This document shows, piece after piece, positions 50,479 through 57,870 of a DNA stretch of 64,000 bases. The stretch lies in the NCBI GenBank assembly GCA_041179705.1, contig JBEGSW010000060.1, forward strand, positions 8,990-72,989, given 5' to 3'. The position numbers and the translations under genes are program-made. A model generated the notes under the pieces. The model searched no databases. It was given only the letters and a program-made list of their open reading frames with translations, and was not told where the DNA came from. How positions within the stretch are numbered: position 1 is the first letter of the stretch; each line of letters begins with the position of its first letter. Source of the DNA: Bacillota bacterium. GTDB taxonomy: Bacteria > Bacillota > Bacilli > Paenibacillales > JBEGSW01.

Positions 50479-50488
50479 TTCATTCTTG

Positions 50489-51766
50489 CTAATTTGTAGC
50501 TGGTAATTGAATCTTTATATGTGTTCCTTTTCCTTTACTACTTTGGATATTAAGTTTACCGTTCATCTGATCAATTAATTTACGACAAACCATCATTCCT
50601 AATCCTGTTCCTGTCGTTTTTGTTGTGTGATAGGCTTTACCAATATTCGTAAGTTGCTCGTTTGGTATACCAATTCCATTATCGATAACATTAATTTGCA
50701 CATAACCATTAATTTCTTCAGCAGATATTGTGACCTTAGCAGATTCTATATTTGAGCAAGCTTCAATCGCATTTTTTACGATATTCATTAAGATTTGATC
50801 TAATTTCTCTTTATATCCCCAAATATATAATTCCGTATTTTCATCATTTTTATTCTCTAGTGAGATATTGTTAAATAGTGAATAGCTGCTAACAATTGTA
50901 CAAATTCTTCTAATAGTATCATTTACATTAATCTTACCTAGAACATCTTGATTTGGTTTCGAATAGGATAAGTAATCCTTGATAATATATTCTGCTCTCT
51001 CCAACTCTGAATTACATAAATCGATGTAACTTTTAATCTTTTCACTTGGTAGTCGATTGTGGCCTTGTTGAATTAATTGTGTGAAACCTTTTACGACAGT
51101 GATCGGATTCCTAATTTCGTGGGCAATGGATGCAGCAATTTGACTGATTTGTTTAAGCTTTTCAGATTCCAGGACATCTTTTTCGATTTCTAATCTTCTG
51201 CCCTTCTCTTTGATTAAATATAATATTCCGATAAATAGTAACAACTCAACAAATGGATAAACGATTAAATTGAACAAAGTTCCAGTTTTAATAATGTCGT
51301 AAGCAAATGCTAACAATGCAGCATAACGAATTAAAATTAAGATAAGAAATAATTTAATACCCTCAGAAATTTCAATTTTCCGTGAAACGAATACACGCTG
51401 CTTCATTACAAGTATGCTATACATTGCAACTGCTTGTATCAGAAAAACGGTTAAATCAGTTAGATTATGCCCGCCACCAAGGATGACGTGAAGGCCCCAA
51501 ATAAATAAAAAGAATAACAAGCCCATGTGTGGGGAAAAAAAGATCATGATTAGTACAATTGGAAGCATGCGAAAATCATTCATAAATCCCGCATTTAAAT
51601 AATGGGAATGAATCACATTTAGGCAAGTAATGATTGGCACAGAAACAATGACTAACATTTTCTTACGCAAAGACTCAACAACAGAACTTTTCATATTTAT
51701 AATAAAAATAAATGGTAGCAGGATGAACATTATCTGCATAATTAAAATATTAAAAAGTTCAAACAA
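50489..51766 (-). CDS. Sporulation-type sensor histidine kinase with 6-TM N-terminal domain (KinB-like)
   Basis: ~6 TM helices, then H-box SIAHEIRNPITVVKGF (KinA-E style) and HATPase_c (NAIEA...DNGIGI...GTGLGM). TTG at 51766 follows GGAGGA; the ORF-track TTG at 51781 lies inside the RBS. Confidence 0.85.
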   Translation of the reverse strand: MFELFNILIMQIMFILLPFIFIINMKSSVVESLRKKMLVIVSVPIITCLNVIHSHYLNAGFMNDFRMLPIVLIMIFFSPHMGLLFFLFIWGLHVILGGGHNLTDLTVFLIQAVAMYSILVMKQRVFVSRKIEISEGIKLFLILILIRYAALLAFAYDIIKTGTLFNLIVYPFVELLLFIGILYLIKEKGRRLEIEKDVLESEKLKQISQIAASIAHEIRNPITVVKGFTQLIQQGHNRLPSEKIKSYIDLCNSELERAEYIIKDYLSYSKPNQDVLGKINVNDTIRRICTIVSSYSLFNNISLENKNDENTELYIWGYKEKLDQILMNIVKNAIEACSNIESAKVTISAEEINGYVQINVIDNGIGIPNEQLTNIGKAYHTTKTTGTGLGMMVCRKLIDQMNGKLNIQSSKGKGTHIKIQLPATN

Positions 51767-51918
51767 TGTTTTTTCCTCCAATTATCAATGTTAGGTTAAA
51801 CATAACAATAGTTACTTTAACATCTTAATTTATGAATAACAAACATTAATTTCCTTTTTTATAAAATTATTTATTATTCCGTAAACATTTAACTATAAAT
51901 TGAATTAGGAGGAAAAAT

Positions 51919-52989
51919 ATGAATGTCACAAAGCAACATGATCGACACTTGTTAGATCAGAAAATACCAAATATGCCCTGGTATATTGAGAAATTTATTA
52001 ATTACAAATTACCTGATTTATCACCCTCTTCCCTGCTCGAATATATTCGCGATTATGAAATGTTTCTGAATTGGTTGATTGCTGAAGGAATTGCAAATAG
52101 TTCATCGATAAAAGAGATACCATTATCAATATTAGAAGGTTTACATATGGATTCTATTGATGCTTATCGGTCTTTTTTAGCTACAAAGAAAATCGGCACG
52201 AATGGTAAAGTAACACAATCCAGGAAACTTTCATCTCTCCGCTCATTGTTCCATTATTTGAGTCAAATTGCTGAGGATGAACAGTTTTACCCACTCCTTA
52301 AACGAAATGTGATGGCTAAAGTATCGATTAAACGAACAAACAAACCGAAAGATACTGCCGCTAAACTTGAAGGGAAATTACTTCAGGAACACGAAATTTC
52401 TGAATTCATTGCATTTATCAAGAATGAGTATCCGATCGCACTTAGCAAAAACAAGCAAGCACTTTATGCTTATGAAAAGAATTATATACGTGATATTTGT
52501 ATCATCACGCTTATTTTGAACTCAGGTTTACGCGTCTCTGAAGTGGTAAATCTTAACGTTGACGATATAGATTTAAAGAAAAAGTTAGCCTACGCCTACC
52601 GCAAAGGGAAGAATGACGATACATTCAAAACTCCTGTGTATTTTCGACAAGATGCAATTGATGCGCTTGTACAATACATGGAGATTAGAGAACTAAGATA
52701 CAATGCGAATAAACGTGAAAAAGCACTATTCCTCGCCGTCGCGAATGGGAAGACAGAAGGCTCGCGATTGACCAAACGTGCAATTCAAGAGTTAGTAATC
52801 AAATACGCGAAGCGGTTTGGCAAACCCTATTTAACCGTTCATAAACTTCGACATTCGTTCGCAACAGATTACTACCTTAGAAATGACATTTATAAGACGC
52901 AAGAACAACTTGGACATGCCTCACCGGAAACAACACAAATCTATGCCCACTTAACAGATAAGACGATGTCTGAAGCCATTGATAAATAA
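51919..52989 (+). CDS. xerS: Tyrosine recombinase, XerS-like
   Basis: 356 aa. N-terminal MPWYIEKFINYKL..SPSSLLEYIRDYEMFLNWL..GIAN...IPLSILEGL, RNVMAKVS, GLRVSEVVNL, HKLRHSFAT, LGHASPETTQIYAH (catalytic Tyr). Pattern and length match streptococcal/lactococcal XerS as I recall it. Confidence 0.7.
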   Translation: MNVTKQHDRHLLDQKIPNMPWYIEKFINYKLPDLSPSSLLEYIRDYEMFLNWLIAEGIANSSSIKEIPLSILEGLHMDSIDAYRSFLATKKIGTNGKVTQSRKLSSLRSLFHYLSQIAEDEQFYPLLKRNVMAKVSIKRTNKPKDTAAKLEGKLLQEHEISEFIAFIKNEYPIALSKNKQALYAYEKNYIRDICIITLILNSGLRVSEVVNLNVDDIDLKKKLAYAYRKGKNDDTFKTPVYFRQDAIDALVQYMEIRELRYNANKREKALFLAVANGKTEGSRLTKRAIQELVIKYAKRFGKPYLTVHKLRHSFATDYYLRNDIYKTQEQLGHASPETTQIYAHLTDKTMSEAIDK

Positions 52990-53027
52990 AAAAAAGTTAC
53001 CGTCCCTTTTGGATGGTAACTTTTTTT
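52988..53027. terminator. Bidirectional terminator between xerS-like and the acidic-protein gene
   Basis: AAAAAAAA-GTTACCGTCC-ctttt-GGATGGTAAC-TTTTTTT. Confidence 0.85.
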
Positions 53028-53029
53028 AT

Positions 53030-54376
53030 TTAGGCTTCTTTATTCTCGTTTAATATTCGAATTGCCTCATTGAATTCATGAATGGCATCTTCTAATGCAT
53101 AGATTGTGTTTTGTAGTTGATCGCTATCCCAAGGATTTATCCGTAACTCGCGTTTGTACTCATTCAGTTGTTTGCGCATTGTATCGATATCCATTTGAAT
53201 CGTACTAATTAACGTTCTAAAGGTTACTGGTGGTTTTATTCTTGTTGGTTCAGTTACAGCTTTAACTTCATCTAGAATCGATTTTAAAGGCGCTGTATCC
53301 ATGTTGGGTGGATTTGTACCAATAATGTCTGTAAGTAGAGATTTAGCAGGTTCCGTTGGTGAGATTGGCAACGGTTCAGAATCGCTCGCCTGATCCGTTG
53401 ATAAATAATCAAATGGTCGTTTAGATTTATTTTTCATTACATTTGATAATGTTTCTTCATCCAATTCATTTACCCAATCTGGTAAATCTTCGAGCGGGGC
53501 CGTCTCGTAAAACACTTCAATTTCACGTTTAGGTTTCACATATTCGACTTCTTCTTTTTCGTCTTCAGTCATAGCAAGTGAATCCGTAGACAAATCGATT
53601 TCAACTACGTTATCCTCTACTTCTGTTTTTTCAGCGGTATTTTGTAGAGCCATATTAAACTTTTTGGTGTCAATGACGAGTGTTGCTGTTTGCATATCTT
53701 CATCGTCGTTGTCAATTGCTAAGTTAATTTGTTCGATATCAGTAACAACCGGTACTCTTTTTGTACTATGTGGTTGTTTGGTCTTTTCGTTATCAACTGA
53801 GATATCAATTCCGTCTAATTCTAGCTCGAGATTGCCTTCACTTTCAGCGGAATCAAATTTTATTTCATTTTCCTGAGTAGAATTCGGTTTCGTATTTTGC
53901 TTAGAAATCATATCTTTCATCCAATTATAGGATTCTTCTAAATGCTGAATCTTTTCTGGATCAACGACTTTAGAAGCCATCTTTGTTGGGTGAATGGAGA
54001 ATCGATTAGCAATAGTGTCATCCACAATCAAATCGGGATCACCTTGACTCTCAAGCTCAAGCTCTATTTCTGGGTCAACAGTTAAATCAATTTCTTTAGT
54101 TGGCTCAACTTTTTCTTCCGAAACTTGCTCACCATTCTTGCGAATGTATAGGCCACCTGAACAACTCTCAGTGAAATAAAAGACGAGCATTTCATTATAA
54201 TCAATTAGTTTAACTGCAGCATCAAAACTAGGGTTTAAATCATATTCATCAATTAACTTGTTAATTTCGGCGTCTCTACCTTGCACATAAAACTGTTGAC
54301 GAATAACTTTTCCTGCTAATTTATAATCACAGTTACGAAGTGTTGTCTTTAATTTAAGTTTCTCAAAAAAATTCAT
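53030..54376 (-). CDS. Hypothetical, highly acidic protein (448 aa), no family recognised
   Basis: ATG 54376 follows GGGGGA. Ordered-looking N-terminus (~90 aa) and C-terminal helical region (~70 aa) flank a D/E-rich low-complexity middle (EIELELESQGDPDLIVDD, NLELELDGIDISVDNE, DNDDEDMQ, TEDEKEEVEY). Confidence 0.7.
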   Translation of the reverse strand: MNFFEKLKLKTTLRNCDYKLAGKVIRQQFYVQGRDAEINKLIDEYDLNPSFDAAVKLIDYNEMLVFYFTESCSGGLYIRKNGEQVSEEKVEPTKEIDLTVDPEIELELESQGDPDLIVDDTIANRFSIHPTKMASKVVDPEKIQHLEESYNWMKDMISKQNTKPNSTQENEIKFDSAESEGNLELELDGIDISVDNEKTKQPHSTKRVPVVTDIEQINLAIDNDDEDMQTATLVIDTKKFNMALQNTAEKTEVEDNVVEIDLSTDSLAMTEDEKEEVEYVKPKREIEVFYETAPLEDLPDWVNELDEETLSNVMKNKSKRPFDYLSTDQASDSEPLPISPTEPAKSLLTDIIGTNPPNMDTAPLKSILDEVKAVTEPTRIKPPVTFRTLISTIQMDIDTMRKQLNEYKRELRINPWDSDQLQNTIYALEDAIHEFNEAIRILNENKEA

Positions 54377-54426
54377 TACGTTATCCCCCAAATTAATCGC
54401 GAGTGTTCAGCGAATGTTGTCGAAAT

Positions 54427-54696
54427 TTATTCTTTAATTACTGTCTTTTTCGCGGTTTCGACAAGCATGTCGAATAATTCATCTGTATCTTCTAGAACCT
54501 CTTCAAGTTCTAAAATGTTCTCCTCGGTGCCGGATTCTTCAAGAAATAGTAAACTATAACCCCAATCTTTTCCGTTCAATTTCTGCAAGTGAATTTCATA
54601 GGGTTGATCATGATTTTCATAACGAAATGAAACTTTTCCAACAAACCCATCTTCCTTTGAAAACGTCATTTCCGCATTTAAAATTTCAACATTCAT
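54427..54696 (-). CDS. Hypothetical small acidic protein (89 aa)
   Basis: ATG 54696 follows AAAGGAG. MNVEILNAEMTFSKEDGFVGKVSF...EENILELEEVLEDTDELFDMLVE. Own promoter upstream, 50 nt from the next gene. Confidence 0.65.
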   Translation of the reverse strand: MNVEILNAEMTFSKEDGFVGKVSFRYENHDQPYEIHLQKLNGKDWGYSLLFLEESGTEENILELEEVLEDTDELFDMLVETAKKTVIKE

Positions 54697-54729
54697 GATG
54701 ATATCTCCTTTATAATTCTGCATTTATTA

Positions 54730-54758
54730 ATTATATCTTTAATACATTTAACTGCCAA
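54730..54758 (-). promoter_or_regulatory. Sigma-A promoter for the two acidic-protein genes
   Basis: Minus strand reads TTGGCA, 17 nt spacer, TATAAT. Confidence 0.6.
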
Positions 54759-54769
54759 TGAAATATACA

Positions 54770-54803
54770 CAAAAAAACCATCAATATTCATTGATGGTTT
54801 TTA
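54770..54803. terminator. Terminator after ABC-F (ykpA-like), symmetric with A/T runs on both sides
   Basis: AACCATCAAT-attc-ATTGATGGTT perfect 10-bp stem flanked by A7 and T3-5. Confidence 0.85.
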
Positions 54804-54812
54804 ATAAATTGT

Positions 54813-56426
54813 TTAATTATATGCTTTACTTCTAAATTTTTTGCACTCATCACTTTCTAAGTATTCGTCGAAAGTTGTCATTTTATCCATAATCCCATTC
54901 GGAGCAATTTCGATAATTCGATTTGCAATCGTCTGTACAAACTGATGGTCATGAGATGTAAACAATATTGTACCGTCGAACTGGATTAACCCATTATTCA
55001 AGGCAGTGATAGATTCTAAGTCCAAATGGTTCGTAGGCTCATCTAGAATAAGAACATTTGGCGATTGAAGCATCATTTTGGCAAGCATACAACGTACGCG
55101 CTCTCCACCTGAAAGAACATTCACTTTTTTCAAAGCTTCTTCACCGGAGAACAACATACGGCCCAAGAATCCGCGGATAAATGATTCATCTTGGTCTTTG
55201 GAATACTGTCTTAACCAATCAATGATGTTGATATCATCCTGGAAGTATGGTGTGTTATCTTTCGGGAAGTAGGCAACAGTTGTTGTTACACCCCAGTTAT
55301 ACGTACCTTCTTGTGGTTCAATTGTACCGGAAATAATTTCGTAGAGCGCTGTTCGCGCTGCACCATTAGGTCCGACAAATGCAACTTTATCGCCTTTATG
55401 AATTGTTAAATTAAGTTTATCCAACACAACTGTGTCTTCAATTTTATGCGTTAAATTCTCAACGGAAACTAATTGCTTCCCTGCTTCACGCTCAGATTTA
55501 AAGTTAATGAACGGGTATTTACGGTTAGACGGTCGAATGTCTTCCAACGTTAACTTCTCCAAGGATTTTTTACGAGAAGTAGCCTGTTTCGATTTCGAAG
55601 CATTTGCACTGAATCGACGAATAAATTCTTCTAATTCTTTACGCTTATCTTCGATACGTTTATTCGATTCACGTTGCAATTGTAAGGCTAACTGGCTGGA
55701 CTCATACCAGAAATCATAGTTACCCACATACATTTGAATTTTCCCGAAATCAATATCGGCAATATGTGTACAAACTTGGTTCAAGAAGTGACGGTCATGA
55801 GATACAACAATAACAGTACCTTCATACTTTGCCAAAAACTGCTCTAACCAATTGATGGATTCTAAGTCCAAATGGTTGGTAGGCTCATCGAGTAGTAAGT
55901 TCTGAGGATTACCAAATAAAGCTTGTGCCAATAATACACGTACTTTATCGTTTCCAGTTAATTCTTTCATTTGCATATCATGAAGATCGCGCGTTATCCC
56001 TAAACCAATTAGGAGTTCAGCTGCTTCTGGTTCAGCATCCCAACCATTTAATTCTGCAAATTCACCCTCTAATTCAGCAGCACGCATACCATCTTCATCT
56101 GAGAAATCTGATTTTGCATAGATTGCATCTTTCTCTTTCATAATGTTATATAACTTGGAATGCCCCATGATGACTGTTTCAAGAACTGGGAATTCATCAT
56201 ATTCATAATGGTTCTGCTTTAATACTGCAAAACGCTCACCTGGTGTAATGTGTACATGACCTTTGTTTGGCTCAATTTCTCCTGACAAAATCTTTAAGAA
56301 CGTTGATTTACCTGCACCATTGGCACCAATCAAACCATAGCAATTCCCAGGTGTAAACTTAATGTTTACTTCTTCGAAAAGTGCTCTACTTCCATAGCGT
56401 AAGGATATATTCTCAGTACTAATCAT
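54813..56426 (-). CDS. ykpA: ABC-F family translation-associated ATPase, YbiT/YkpA subfamily
   Basis: 537 aa, two ABC domains, no TMD. GNCYGLIGANGAGKSTFLKILSGEIEP...VIVVSHDRHFLN...YVGNYDFWYESSQLAL closely follows the B. subtilis YkpA / E. coli YbiT pattern. Confidence 0.88.
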   Translation of the reverse strand: MISTENISLRYGSRALFEEVNIKFTPGNCYGLIGANGAGKSTFLKILSGEIEPNKGHVHITPGERFAVLKQNHYEYDEFPVLETVIMGHSKLYNIMKEKDAIYAKSDFSDEDGMRAAELEGEFAELNGWDAEPEAAELLIGLGITRDLHDMQMKELTGNDKVRVLLAQALFGNPQNLLLDEPTNHLDLESINWLEQFLAKYEGTVIVVSHDRHFLNQVCTHIADIDFGKIQMYVGNYDFWYESSQLALQLQRESNKRIEDKRKELEEFIRRFSANASKSKQATSRKKSLEKLTLEDIRPSNRKYPFINFKSEREAGKQLVSVENLTHKIEDTVVLDKLNLTIHKGDKVAFVGPNGAARTALYEIISGTIEPQEGTYNWGVTTTVAYFPKDNTPYFQDDINIIDWLRQYSKDQDESFIRGFLGRMLFSGEEALKKVNVLSGGERVRCMLAKMMLQSPNVLILDEPTNHLDLESITALNNGLIQFDGTILFTSHDHQFVQTIANRIIEIAPNGIMDKMTTFDEYLESDECKKFRSKAYN

Positions 56427-56484
56427 TCTTTCATCTACCGCCTCTACCTATATTTACATGCATAATACGTTAATCGATTTCTCT

Positions 56485-57855
56485 CTAATTGTCCATTTCA
56501 GTCCAAAATTGAACGAGTGTGTTTACACCACACTCCCAATTTACTAAATGAAAATGTTCATCAGGTGCGTGCATATTTTCGCCAGGCATTCCAAAATCCA
56601 TCATGACAACGGGAACATTAAATTGTTCAACGAATGTTTGAACAATCGGAATCGAACCACCACTTCTAGTAAACACAGGTTTTTTCCCGAATCCAATCTC
56701 ATATGCTTTAGCAGCTTTTTGAATATACGGATGATCTGGAGATACGACAAAAGGTTTACCGCCAAGTAATTTCCTTACTTCAACACGAACACCAGTCGTA
56801 TTCAACTTATTGATATGTTTATTAATCAGGTTAAGTATATGTTCGGGATCTTGTTCATCTACCAATCGACAAGAAATTTTAGCAATGGCATGGTTCGGAA
56901 CAATGGATTTTATGTTTTCCCCAAAGTATCCACCTGCAAATCCATTGATTTCTATAGTTGGTCTTGCAGTAGTTTGTTCATAAAAGTTGTATCCTCGCTC
57001 CCCATACAACACATCTACTTGAAGCGTCTTGGCTACATCATTTGGATCAGGACTCAATTTAGCATTGTTCTCTCTAATTGCTTCTGACATCTCATGAACG
57101 CCTTCATAGAAACCTTCGATCGCAATATGTCCATCTTCGTCGTGGAATGAAGCAATAATGTGACTTAACACATGTAAGGGATTAGCAACGCCGCCGCCAA
57201 ACATCCCCGAGTGAAGATCACTTTTGGCACCATGTACTTCAATTTCTAGGCATGCTAGACCACGAAGGCCTACACAGATTGATGGTTGATCAAAATCATG
57301 TATTGGACCATCTGATATAACCATTAAATCGGCTTTTAATTGCTCATGATGGGTAGATAAGAATTCAGGTAAGTGTACGCTGGAAATTTCCTCTTCCCCT
57401 TCGATGCAGAACTTTACATTGATTGGTAATTTCCCATGAGTCCTAAGATAAGCTTCAACGGTCTTGATATGAATATAAACTTGGGCTTTATCATCGGTAG
57501 CACCGCGAGCGTAAATCTTATTGTCTCTAATTTCGGGTTCAAACGGTGGTGTCGTCCAAAGTTCGAACGGTTCTGCGGGTTGAACGTCATAATGCCCATA
57601 TATAATCGCAGTTGGCTTTCCTTCTGCATGAAGCCAATCGCCATAGACAACAGGATGTCCACCAGTCTCCATTACTTCGACATGTTCAAGTCCTGCCTCA
57701 ATCATACGATTGGCTAACCAAGAAGCCGCTTGACGCATGTCATCGTTATGATGAATTTGGGAACTTACGCTAGGAATTCGCAAGTAATCGAATAATTCGG
57801 CAATCATACGGTCTTTGTGTTCTGCTAAATAGGCAATTACCTGGTTCGTAGACAT
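56485..57855 (-). CDS. M20 family dipeptidase
   Basis: 456 aa, YGHYDVQP, ARGATDDKAQV, dimerisation insert, C-terminal PDEHFH. Confidence 0.88.
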   Translation of the reverse strand: MSTNQVIAYLAEHKDRMIAELFDYLRIPSVSSQIHHNDDMRQAASWLANRMIEAGLEHVEVMETGGHPVVYGDWLHAEGKPTAIIYGHYDVQPAEPFELWTTPPFEPEIRDNKIYARGATDDKAQVYIHIKTVEAYLRTHGKLPINVKFCIEGEEEISSVHLPEFLSTHHEQLKADLMVISDGPIHDFDQPSICVGLRGLACLEIEVHGAKSDLHSGMFGGGVANPLHVLSHIIASFHDEDGHIAIEGFYEGVHEMSEAIRENNAKLSPDPNDVAKTLQVDVLYGERGYNFYEQTTARPTIEINGFAGGYFGENIKSIVPNHAIAKISCRLVDEQDPEHILNLINKHINKLNTTGVRVEVRKLLGGKPFVVSPDHPYIQKAAKAYEIGFGKKPVFTRSGGSIPIVQTFVEQFNVPVVMMDFGMPGENMHAPDEHFHLVNWECGVNTLVQFWTEMDN

Positions 57856-57870
57856 GCATTCCCTCCAAAA

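Noticed and set aside
51919-52989. Tyrosine recombinase considered as a prophage or ICE integrase marking a mobile element.
   Set aside because: It has no phage, conjugation or IS genes, no tRNA target and no flanking direct repeats that I could see. The sequence pattern fits XerS, and the neighbours are housekeeping genes.
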